From: Chrysomallon squamiferum | Lineage: Eukaryota > Animalia > Mollusca | Direction: 5' to 3' | DNA: 64,000 nt | NCBI GenBank assembly: GCA_012295275.1 | Contig: CM022665.1 | Coordinates: 5,828,001-5,892,000, forward strand | Shown here: piece after piece, positions 1 to 12,343 of the stretch | Numbering within the stretch: position 1 is the stretch's first letter | How the letters are laid out: the number at the start of each line of letters is the position of its first letter | Program-made: the position numbers and the translations under genes | Notes under the pieces: model-generated | The model's input: only the letters and a program-made list of their open reading frames with translations | The model's database searches: none | What the model was told of the DNA's origin: nothing

Positions 1-347
1 AGTTGTCTTGTTAAACGCGATTACTAAAGGGAGATTCTGACTAATTACGTAAGATGCTAAAAATAACCTTCTCAGTTTAATGGCCATGGTTATATAATTA
101 ACATGGCTACATTTAGCCTAACTCTATCGCGTGATTTATTTAAATTAAAAATTATAGCGTTGTACAGTTTAGTAGGCGTTAAGGCTTACTGTTTTCAGAC
201 AAACAGTTTACAACAGCACTTGACAATGTATGATATATTCGGTGAACCAGTGTGTAACAACAAGCAAGTACGTCACTCAGTCGAGCATTTGTTGGAAATG
301 TGCTTTTGTTAAGTGAATAATGTTCGAACTCGTATGGCATGGGCCTG

Positions 348-381
<34 letters not shown>

Positions 382-1160
382 TGCGTGTGTGTCTTAACTA
401 GTATACCTAGATAATTTTAGTGTTAATACACCAAGTTCTCGTAGGCATATCGTTCTGTCTGTATGTACGACAAAAAAAAAAAATAAATAAAAAAAAATAA
501 AATAAAATAAATAAACCCTGTGGATTAGGTAAACATCTCTATCTTTACTCGAACCTGAATTTTTCTACAACAATACTCAGGTCCATTAGGAGAGGAGACT
601 AACCCCGGGACTGGGGGTGTGGCTTACATTGGGATCCTGCATCAGACCACAATAATTTGTGTTACGTTCCCTTGAACAGGCAGAACGAAACTTGTTCCCG
701 CTGCTCTACACAAAAGTGCTTAGCGTTGTTGTCTGTACTAGTAAAACACATGAAAACAAAACACGTCAGCTTCTTGCAAAACTTCATTTTTATTACAGTT
801 CTTCACTATGTACATATGTTCATCAAACGTTTCCACTTTCTATATTATTATTTTTTTTTTTATCAGTAAAACCTGTATACTCTGTGCAGAGCAAATGACC
901 AATTCATACCACAGGTATGAGTATTACTGTTACTTAACAGTGAACAAAAAAACAGACAAGACAGAGAACAAGCGAATTATGCAGTATGCGTTAACATGTC
1001 GGAGTTCGCTATAAAAAATTCATATAACGTTTGGCACGAAAGTAACACGACATTTGTTTTAAAACTGAACAAATCGAAAACACCACGGGCATTTCAGTTC
1101 TATGGAATTCTTGCTAATAATGTAATTAAACAAAACACAGCATTTGTTTTGACCTCGTAT

Positions 1161-1201
<41 letters not shown>

Positions 1202-1699
1202 CGTGTGCATTTAAGTTTAAAATAACATAAATAATTCTTATATACAAAATGACTGAAATGTTTTTAAAATTATTTTCTAATACGATATTTTATTTTTTAT
1301 TTTTTATTTTTTATTTTTAAATAAATGAATGAATAAATAGTATTTGGAAATATATTTTATTTATATCTATCATTATTGTTTTCTATATCTTTTTAGTACA
1401 TATCCGGAATTTTATTTTTTATTTTTTATTAAATCGACTATCGAAATAAGAAATATGAAATATCTGACAACGTATTAGTAACAAAATATTATTTTTGTTT
1501 ATTTCTTTTATATGAAACACAACAACAACAACAACAAAAAAGTTATAATAATAATAATAATAATAATAATGATGATGATGATGATGTTGATGGTTATGAT
1601 TTACAGTCAGTCATTCTAATGAAGCAACATTATTATGATTATATTAAAGAATAATTCAGTCGTATTTCTTTTATTAAGAATATTGTCCTAATTTCTCAT

Positions 1700-1739
<40 letters not shown>

Positions 1740-3261
1740 AATGGTTATACGCCTGCTGTCTATTTTCTTCTTCTTTTAAACATTATTTGTTTTTCTCTAT
1801 TTCTTCTTATTCTGCTTGGTTGCATTTATTATGATTTCTAAGGAAATGCTGGTATTCTTTGTTTGAGTAATTACTGACGGGTTTCTTTTTCTTGAAACAG
1901 GCTCGTGTTATTCAAGTTAAAGTTAGTAATAATAGTCGTGATTGTCGTAGTGGTAGCAGTAGCTGTATTAATAGTAGTAGTTGTTGTGTACTTGTTACTG
2001 TTGTATTACTGGTAGTAGTAGTTGTGCCAGTAGTCATTTTTATTGATCACTAGTAGTGGTGGTGGTGGTAGCAGTAGTAATAAGAGTAGTAGTAGTTCTT
2101 GTTGTTGTTGCTGTTGTTGTTGTTGTCACGATAATCGTATGCCATTAGCATTGGCAGTGTCAAATAAATAAACAGTTCACAGTTTTAACGGCTTATACGT
2201 TAACAAACAAATAAAAATCATTTCTAATCAAAATATATCTTTGCTTAAATATAACCAGCTTAAATATAACGAATAGTGAAAAAAGTAATAATAATAAATA
2301 ATATCTGACAAAAGAAATCATAAAACTGTTAATTTGTGTCTTCAACCAAAAAAAAAAAAAAAAAAAAAAAAAAAAGAAAAAGAAAGAAAAAGAAAGAAAA
2401 GAATGATAAATATGATAATATTAATTTTTAACACGACTGGTGGCAGAAACAGGAAAATGGTGATATCATTCTAATGATTTACAACATAAGGTCAGTAATC
2501 TTAGCTCTGAAGTGCTGTGATTTATAATAAAAAGGACATAATGTTAAAATTCTGTTTTCTGTTACTGTAACTATAAATTATAACTAATATATCACTTGTT
2601 CAGAAGTAACGTCAAACACTGTAAGTGACAGAGTGCGCTGAATTGTTTTAAAAAACTATTTAAAAAAAAAAAAAAAAAAAAAATGTCTTCACATTTTAAC
2701 CACAGTCAGATATAGAGCTCGTGTCTAAAGCAAGATGCAGATAACGACAATTTAAGGTTCAAGCACGTCTCTTCTGGACACGCTAACCATAAATCTGCGT
2801 TTTCAGCCTGAAACGGAATTTGTGTCAATTTGTTAGAGAGAAAAGATGGTGCAGAGTATTGCAGTTCACCATGGTACAACGTCAGAGTCATGGAAACCGG
2901 TTTTAGATTCTGTGACCGCTTTGCCGAATTAAACTCTAAAATCAGATCCTTTATAGAAGTGTCTTGATTATTTGGATTTATATAAATGTCAGAAACGTAA
3001 ATCAATTTCTGAAAAAAAGAGTCTGAAATATTTTGCTTTAAGTAATTCAGTGCCTTTACAGCAGTTTCTTCAGTTTTTAATTTGTATAACTGATGTGTTC
3101 TTATCGTTTGTGACAGTCATAAATATTTAAATTTCTATAACGAATGTTACGTCTGAATTATTTTAAATATTTTCTGTCAAGATTCCAACCATTAGAATTA
3201 CAATATCGTGAAGAGAGGTGGTTCACAAACACTTTGACACTGTTTTTACCAAAAATCATTT

Positions 3262-3304
<43 letters not shown>

Positions 3305-4691
3305 ACATACAATATTTCATGTAGGTTGTTTAAGTACCATGCAAATAAAATATGTTAGGAGTTGAAAGCATGGATATAAAACTAATAAATTATCTTTGAA
3401 CTATCAGCTTATTTTATTACAAAGATGAATTATTCACTCTCTGTATTAAGATCAAAGTTCAGACGCAGTATTACACAATAATCTGTATTTACGTTGGAAG
3501 ATTTGGAAATAGGATTTGCTGTCTTATGTCAGTGTATGTTTTGGGATTTCGATAAAAAAAAAAAGTAATATTAAAATATTGAAAAACAGCTGAATAATTT
3601 GCGATATCCGTAATCATTAAAATAATGTAACCGTAATCAGTTTAGAAACTTGATTTGAATAATAAGTAAATATAAGATATTAATTCACCAGATTTCTCAA
3701 GCTCAAGCCATTGAGAAGCTCAAATCTACAGAATATGTAATTAACGTAACTACAAATGTTTTTTTAAAAAACAACAACAAAAAAAAAATACAAGGCTAGA
3801 TTAGTTTGGATGAACTCATTAAAATACTCTGTATTTTTTAATGCTTTAACGCAAACTTTAATTACCTTCATTAATTATTCAAAGGTTTAGCATAAAACAG
3901 GACGTCTTTAACAAATGAGTGATAACAGAATTTCTACGTCATTCCCAGTAAAACGCCTGGCGTCATACTGAGATTTGAGTAGGAGAAGAAGTAATCATTC
4001 CGTTGACAATTTTTGAAAATACCAAATACTTCAAGTGTCTAACAGATAATCAGATTAACTAAGATTTTTCTCGCTGGTTATTAGAAATTAGTTTTTTATG
4101 CTGTGGTTATCGCGACAGTTCGTTTTTTTTTCTTGTCAGAAACAGCTAATTTACTTCGTAATTGACTACATCGTCAACTTCTTTCTTTAGACATGAATAC
4201 AGAAAATAAATATCTGTACCGTTACGTAATTTATCCGTTATTCGTGTATATATGAATACGTGTGGAACAGTTTTATTTAACATGCGTTAATAAAGCTTTA
4301 AACTGCCGTCGCAAATAGAAAATTCTGTTGTGAAATCAGAGACTGAGCCAGGACAGGCATACTTGAATAGTTTGCAGACAGAAGCACGCTAAACTAAACA
4401 TTAATCATGCCTCTATGAAGAAAACAAAAATTTAACGTAAGCAGATTTTAAATTTTTTTATTTCAAACATCTCTTTTTAGTTTGTTTATAGTTAGATGTT
4501 ATGAAAAATGCGAATAAATTCTGATCCGTCGAAAACATTTGAAGCCTCTAGAAAGAAATTAGTTTTCCTTAGAACGGAAACCTAGTTGACATCAGTATAA
4601 AGAGTTCAAATTATGCTTTCTTTCATTATGAGATGTAAATTATTTCAAACAGATTTCACTTACTGTCGCTGAATATGTATTTATACATACA

Positions 4692-4773
<82 letters not shown>

Positions 4774-5429
4774 ATATAAAACAGAAATAGCACGACCAAG
4801 GCAAAAGTAATCTTACTAATAAAACTGTGAAATTACATAAAATTAAGGACGTTAAAAACAAAAATAATAATAAAATAATAATAATAATAATTAACCTCAG
4901 TACCATCATAAGTTAATACTGATTTTTTTTTTTTTTTTTTTTTTTTTTAAATAGAACAGAACAGGTTTTAACATAGTGATGATCCACTTTTACACATATA
5001 CGTATATTCAGTGAAGATTAAAATTATCTCCACCGTGGCCTATTTCCTGGCATATCAAGTCACTGATTGCCTGACAAATATTTATTATGTCCTATCTTAA
5101 TAAATTAGTAAAAAAAAAAAAAAAAAAAAAAAAAAACCACCTCATAATCCTTAAATGTTGATTTGCGATTTACTGTTGAGAAGCGGTTAAAAACAATACG
5201 TGCGGATACGACCTACATCCAGCATAAATACAAAACTTAGTTCTAAAATCAATGAATAACAATGTTAGTTACAGCATTCATCATAACCTACATTACTTAC
5301 TGAAGTAAAGAATAAAACAAATTAAGTAGCTAGATTCGTGTGTGTGTTTGTGTGTGTATACTGACATTCATGTAGGCCTGTCTTACTAATTGATTTGTTT
5401 AATTCTTAATTTCAGTAAGTGTGTGTGTG

Positions 5430-5483
<54 letters not shown>

Positions 5484-6004
5484 GCTGTAAATTATTAGAA
5501 TATAAGTTCTGGACAAAATACTTTTAGCACTCATTAACCCTGAAAGAGATCATGAGGTTAACTGAATGTAAAGGTACTAGAATATCTGAAGATAATATAT
5601 CTGTAGTCTTGAAATATATTGATTCTCTTCAGAGAAAACAATTAGCAAAACTGAACAGAAAACGTGTGTCTCAAAACAAGACGAAAAATCCAAGAGGTGT
5701 GATCTACTTCACAAAATGTTTCAAAATCACTTCGATTACTAGATTATTTTGTACAAAAATACACCACTAACATATACAAGAATAATTGTAAAAATATATA
5801 TTATTGTTATTTTATTTTCAACATGCATTATTCTATCCTACCATGTTTGCAAGAAAAGTCAGATGATATAAATATATTGGTTTTGAAAATCTCCCGTGTT
5901 CCTTTTATTGTTAACTACGTTTTATATTTGTGAGCGATCACAAATTAAAAATGTTGGGTTAAAATACAAAATACCACCTCATACAAAAAAAAAAAAATAA
6001 TAAC

Positions 6005-6046
<42 letters not shown>

Positions 6047-6079
6047 TTAAATAAATAAATAAATAAATAAAATAAAGAA

Positions 6080-6114
<35 letters not shown>

Positions 6115-6931
6115 AAATAAGAAGAAAAAGAAGACGAAGAAAAATAAATTAAAATGGCAATTTTCTCTTAATTTTCAACATAGAAATATTAATAATGGCG
6201 GAAGTAAAATGAACAGATTTAATACAAATAATAATAAATAAATAATTTTGTTTATCTTAGGCAAAATACCTGTGTCAATAAACAAACAAACAAACAAACA
6301 AATAAATAAATAAATAAATAAACAAATAAATAAATAAATAAATAAATAAATAAATTTACAGACGGAAGTGTTTTTAGCTATCTGTACAACATCCGTCTCA
6401 AAAAATCAGCTGTCATTAAAATATTACACAAATAAATACTTTAATAGTGACATTTATACTGAAAGATAAACTGTATAATGTCTATTACAAAATTCTAAAT
6501 GGATATATCTCAGCGATGCGAGTTGAAGAAAATAAAAATGCTGAAGAAATAAATATCGGCTGAAACTCGGTCCAGGAACGAGGTTTGATTATCACGTAAA
6601 CACACAAAAACATTGAAGAAAAAAACCCCGCAGTACTTCATTGAAATCTTTAAAACAGATATCAGTGTAGTGTGTGTTCCTTTCAGCAACACCACCGTCT
6701 CAAATTGTAGTTAGGTGATCCTTGTCACTGTTAGATAATACGACACAAACTCTATTTCCATCACAAAAGAAGGCATCAGTATCAAACAGAACAAAATTCC
6801 ATATTCTTAGCTAAATCATTTTCTGTACAAAAGTCAAGAGATGTGTGAACCACATCGCACGCAGCCGCAATATCTAACTCACACAAAGTCAAGGACACCA
6901 TACAAATTATTTTAATCCTTCGAAATGAATT

Positions 6932-6975
<44 letters not shown>

Positions 6976-7308
6976 TCTCTGTCTTTCAAGATCTGGCTGA
7001 AGTCTATACAAATACTTGTCATCATCAAAATTGAAAAATCGTTATGTCTTGTCCTAGACATACATTTTTTTTTTTTTTTTTTCATTTTTCTCCCACCATT
7101 CATTTTCAATATTATTAATTTCAGGCACCGTTCATTATGATACCAATCCCATTAAAAAACCATTAGTTCGTGGGGACCATTCATTGTCGCTATTCATTTA
7201 GTGAAGCCATTAATTTCTTAAAGTATTCATTTTGTTTACGATTCCAGTGCCGTTCATTTAAAGATTTAATCACTTTGTGAATTAAGCTTTTTGTACGTCA
7301 TTCCTCCT

Positions 7309-7484
7309 TCATCTTGGAATAAGATTAGTGGCTTGAATAGGGTTAATCATCATTTTTTGAATAGAGCCTCGTTTCTGAGTACACCGGCACGTGAGTATTC
7401 GAGCAAACGCTCGCCGGAAGTTTACGTTACACAAAGCGTAACACAGTGGATTAATTGTACTGTTGATGTAACACAACCAGTAAC
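7309..7484 (-). CDS. mAChR-A: Muscarinic receptor last coding exon (TM7, helix 8, C-tail): (G)[57 protein letters not shown]
   Basis: Hand translation of the minus strand after acceptor ttatttttgcag|GT. Phase matches the upstream donor (G|GT = Gly), giving the canonical GYWLCY.NST.NP..Y TM7. Stop TGA at 7311-7309. Not present in the supplied ORF track. Confidence 0.96.
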
Positions 7485-7646
7485 CTGCAAAAATAAATAA
7501 ACTGTATATAAATATTTGTAAATATGTTAAGCCATAACAGATTCTTGGAAACTAGGAAATAGGTAATTAAACAACAACAACAGCAACATTAATAGCATTC
7601 TACAATTAAAAGTACTTACCTACTTATCTACCTGCCTGCCTGCTTA

Positions 7647-7647
<1 letters not shown>

Positions 7648-7705
<58 letters not shown>

Positions 7706-7981
7706 GACACATACATATATACATACATACATACATACATACATATAAACATACATAATTCATTCGTGTATATACACATACACATATGCATATATTCATA
7801 AATACATAAGGTGCACACTCATTTACATACATACATACATAAATACATACATACATACATACATATATACATACATACATACATACATACATACATACAT
7901 ACATACATACATACATACATACATACATACATACATACATACATACATACATACATACATACATACATACATACATACATA
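7648..7981. repeat. Compound microsatellite (CA)n + (TACA)n
   Basis: Seen directly. Confidence 0.95.
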
Positions 7982-8705
7982 AACAACCAGACATAAATAG
8001 ACAGACGTAGACAGAGAGACAGACATAGTTGATTTTTGTTTCTTTCTTGAACACCTACTGAACCCAGGAAGAGAAGACATCGAGAAACATACACGTGTTT
8101 GCACATCTGCGGTCCGTCGTGTTTAATGTGACGTGTCACGTCAGTACGGTGAACTACGAGGTGACGCAGGCACGCCGCTGTTCATCCTCACAGCTGATGT
8201 ATGTACTACAGTGCACCGTCTTTCTCCAAGGTTAAACACGCAGTAAAATACAGCGTTGTTAAACCAGCAACGTGTGGCTGATGATCAAATGAACGTTTTT
8301 TATTTGTTACAGGTGTTTAAGACGAGTCATTTGCTTGACGAACATTGCCGAGAGAGTGTTGAATGTTTGTGGCTTACTGTTATTCACAAGAAATAGTGTG
8401 AAGTGTAGATCACGCGTGTAATGAAAGAAGATGGTTGACTTTTGTCTTGTCACGTGATTTGTTGTAGTGGTCAGTTCTCAACCTCTTGGCATCATTCGTT
8501 TTTTCCCCCCCGTAAATGGTTTAACACAGGCTGATGTATGTGATTTTCTCACTATGTATACATATATAAAAAAGTTAAAGATGATACTCGCTATATTAGG
8601 GTTCTTAACTTGATTACTTTTGGTTATAAATATGTGCTGTTATGTGCGTCCATAGATGAAACATTCTTTATTTCATTTTCTTTATACATTATTATTATTA
8701 TTTTA

Positions 8706-8746
<41 letters not shown>

Positions 8747-9688
8747 TAATGTTTCTATTTTAGACATCACAAACACACAATTCAATTCGTTCATAGGGAT
8801 CGGGTTAAAAAGGAACAATTGTTTATTTTTAATATAAAAACTGATCGATCAGTGCATTCATTAGACAAAATTTTCCCTTTCATGCATTCTTTTACGTGAT
8901 GTTCAACGTTTCACTTTTACCGTATATTCACATATTGATATACATGGCTGTGTTAATTCATGAAACTCTTTTAGCAAAAATATATTGACTTTTTACTTTA
9001 AATGGCATGTTTATATACTAAATAATGATTCCAAGTTTAATTTTATTTTGTACTGGATCCGGGACTTCAGTCGTATGAATAAATCATTAATGAACAGTGC
9101 GTGCCAAATTACGGTGAATATGGTATGGATATTTTAGTCGATGTTTATATTTTGATTCCTTTATGTAAAATGGTGTAAACTTAGAGCTTAATTGCCATAA
9201 ACCAGCGATTATGCCATTATCTGTTACCTGTGTGTTTAATGTCGCTATGTAGTTAATAAACAAACTGATCTGTATTGAGATTTAAGTGTTTTTAAAAGGC
9301 AGTGCAATGATTTACAATATATATACGTTATGTATTTTTACCGAAGCATAACGGGAAATATTGATGTTGTGGCGCTGTTTGTATATCGTCGGTGTTTAGT
9401 TTTTATTTCTGTCTTCCGTAATGAAGACAAAAACAGCACTGAACTGACTAAATAAATTATTAATATAGCTGAGATTTTTTTTTTTTCTCTTTTCAATTTT
9501 TGATTCCGCTTTAGGTTCCGTTCTTGACACGTTTAGTTCCTTTTCGACTAAGTCGATTCCGCTTTTGTAGACGTAGTCTTTACACAGTTCCGTTTCAGAT
9601 ATAATTCAGTTGAGCGGTCTTAAGTTGTTACTATTTTGATTACAATTTTTATTCTGATTACAATTTCTGTATTTTTTATTCGGGTATA

Positions 9689-9690
<2 letters not shown>

Positions 9691-9772
<82 letters not shown>

Positions 9773-9828
9773 TATTTTATTATGATTATGTATGAATAAC
9801 AAGATAACGAAAAGAAAGCCAAACATAT

Positions 9829-9909
<81 letters not shown>
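9691..9909. repeat. (TC)n 9691-9767 and (CA)n 9830-9909 microsatellites next to the splice donor
   Basis: Seen directly. Confidence 0.95.
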
Positions 9910-9912
<3 letters not shown>

Positions 9913-9952
9913 GCATTGATCATACACAGATCTCACTTAAAAACAGACCTAC

Positions 9953-12215
9953 CTATTGCGTACAAATTTTCATTTATGCATTCCTTACAGAAGCATTCTA
10001 TGACAGTGAAAATATTGTAGGGCGTCCACGTGACAATAAACGCTAACAAAATGGCCGTCAGTGTTTTGGCGGCCTTTTGGTCCTGTTTCTTCTCCTGCCG
10101 CCTCGACCGAAAATTATTTTTTGCATGTTGCTGCCTGACCCGCTTCGCCGCCTGTGCCGCCATTTTTTCCTGCATCGCGTTCCTGGCCTCGTCGTTGCTG
10201 TGCGCACGTCGTCCCAAAGCAGGCGTCCCGTGCGGCGGCCGAAAAGGAGGCCTGTTCCGATCGACATCATTTTTGTTGTCGTCGACCGAGTCGCTGTCGT
10301 CGTCGCTGTTGTAGTTTCCAGGCTGACGCGACAGTTCGCAAATGCTCTCTGCGTCGCTGTCTGGAATCAGCTTGATGGAAGGTTTGTTTTCGGAGTCGGT
10401 GGAGTCGTCGCGAGGCAGTCGGATGAGCACGGTGTACATCGCCTCTTTCCTGTTCTCGTCCGACGTCTCTTCATTTGTCTCGCTTAACGGAGGGCCCGAC
10501 GTCACCGTCGTCTGTCGTGAAAACAACGTCGTCCTCTCCGATGATGGCGTGACGCCAGGGGACGTTATCGTTGACGGTGTTATTACCGGCGAAGGAGAGT
10601 CCACTGGAAGCAAGGGAATCATCGAAGCGCTGTTTTCTACGTCCTTTTCCCTGCCTTTCCTGTTTAATCCTATCGAATTGCTGCAAGCACTGTTCAGTCT
10701 CAACCTATTGTTGTTCGGTTTAAACAGATTTTGAAGCGGTCCTATAGAGACGTGATTAACGTTTGCTGGTGATCCTTGAGGATCACTTGTGCTAGAGTCT
10801 TCGAGATAGTCGGAGTCTCGGTCTATTTTGATACACGTCCACCATCGTCTGCGGTGAGATCTGTCTCTGTGGTCGTGCGTGGACAGCTGGTCGTCAATGT
10901 CAGGCGAACTGCGGGTCGTGCGTTTTTCACTAACATTAGAATACTGGTCTTCTTCTCCCGACGAAATCACTGATTTTTTGCTAAAATTATTTTTTCTACA
11001 CGCTTGCAGTTTCGGAAGATCTTTTTGTCTGGTCTGTGTTATCTTATACACTTTCCAGTATAGAATACTCATAATGGTCACGGGAATATAAAACGCAAAC
11101 ATAGCTGTGAAAATTGTGATATATTTGTTCGTTTTTAGAAACTGAATGTAGCAGTCAGTTTTTGGAACAGTTCTTTTGCCTTCGATGTACGGCCAAGCAA
11201 AGATCCACGGAGTCCATAAAAATGCAGAAATAATCCAAGCACAACAAATCATAATCCCTGCTCGCTTTGAAGTCCTTTTGGCTCTGTAAGTGAGAGGACG
11301 TGTCACAGATAAGTATCTGTCAAAGCTAATGATGATCAGATTAGCCACGGAAGCATTGCTCATTGTATAATCCAATGACAACCATATGTCACAGAGTTCT
11401 GGTCCCAGAGGCCAAATTCCCATAAGTAAATAAACTGTATAGAAAGGCATTGACACAATTCCTATAGTTAAATCAGCGACTGCTAGGCTGAGTAAGAAAT
11501 AATTACTTATCGTCTGAAGCTGCTTGTCTACCTTGAAGGCAATGATTACCAAGAAATTCCCACCGGATGTGAAAATACACAAAATCGACACCACTATAGA
11601 AATAATAACTATTTCAGGTACTGAAAAGGCGGTTTTAGCCACAGATGTATCGTTGAATTCTGTGAAATTGGAAAAATAAGAAACATTGGAAAAATCCCAA
11701 GTAGAGTTTTCGGCAGAGTAAGAGGTAACATCCTCAGTCACTTTTGGTAATCCCAACAGCGAGTTGACGGAGACGTTAAAATATCCGGTAACGGCGTTTT
11801 GGAATGACGTGTTCACGTGTCTGGAAAGATCACTCAGATTTTCGGAAGAGGTCACTTTATCGTAAATCAGGTCAACGTAAGGCGCGCTTGTAGCATTGTC
11901 ATGCTCTTCAGAAATTTTGAAATATTTTGTAGACGTGCTGTTGTATTCGTCCGACACGCTTCCAGAATATTCCAACACAGCATCCGTGAAGGATTTCAGA
12001 GAAACGTTCTCCAAAGCTGTGGACTCCGAGTTTTGTGCCTCTGGTGTCGTTTGACGAAGAAAATCTCGAACCGTTGTTCGATCACTCGTCACATTCCAGT
12101 CAGACTGATCAAAAAGTGACTGGACGTCGGATTCAGTCTTTGGTATGCTTTCCTCGTCGTTTGGTGACGTCGTCATGTCGTCGCCGGTGAGAAAGATACC
12201 ATCTGTTACGACCAT
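9953..12215 (-). CDS. mAChR-A: Muscarinic acetylcholine receptor, A-type, main coding exon (N-terminus, TM1-TM6, ECL3)
   Basis: Translation has class A GPCR and muscarinic motifs: GNFLV (TM1), LSLAVADL (TM2), CDIWLSLDYTMSNAS with Asp3.32/Tyr3.33, DRY, VTRPLTYRAKRT, AFYIP (TM5), KAAKTL and WTPYN with Asn6.52. An in-frame TAG lies two codons upstream of ATG 12215. The exon ends at donor ATAG|GTAGGT (9953|9952). Confidence 0.96.
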
Positions 12216-12343
12216 TTTCTAAACATGCATACATTGCTCCTTTCTCGCTACGATGGTGTTGAAGAATGAGGAGGTGGACGTTGAAGTAAAGATTTCCATT
12301 CCATGTTTTTACTCCTGCTGTAAAATACCATTCCGATAATTTT
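12216..12343 (-). promoter_or_regulatory. 5' UTR part of the main exon, with 3' splice site and six upstream AUGs
   Basis: Acceptor tgtttattctgtttcag|AAAATT at 12344|12343. Six ATGs were counted in the 128 nt before the main ATG. Confidence 0.65.

Larger units (their letters stand above)
7485..9952 (-). other. Phase-1 GT-AG intron (2468 bp) at the start of TM7
   Basis: GTAGGT donor and pyrimidine-rich TTGCAG acceptor; splicing restores a complete 7TM protein. Confidence 0.93.

Noticed and set aside
270-650. tRNA gene or tRNA-derived SINE head (GTTCGAACTC at about 322; B-box-like text also near 14200)
   Set aside because: No cloverleaf or clear A box; too decayed to call.
7280-7311. Stop-codon readthrough of the receptor
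   Set aside because: TGA is followed by AGG rather than a leaky C/CTAG context, and another stop follows after eight codons.
7610-7625. Recursive splice site AG|GTAAGT in the last intron
   Set aside because: No polypyrimidine tract precedes it and the intron is short.
7624-8139. MYVC, THTH, RERE, SLSL and poly-F/I/Y/L ORFs here and across the window
   Set aside because: Microsatellite and low-complexity translations.
9933-9952. C-terminus GRSVFK* of the 760-aa ORF as the normal protein end
   Set aside because: It is read-through into the intron; TM7 is on exon 7484-7309.
10030-12119. Overlapping and antisense ORFs within the receptor exon
   Set aside because: Shadow frames of GC-rich coding sequence with no recognisable motifs.
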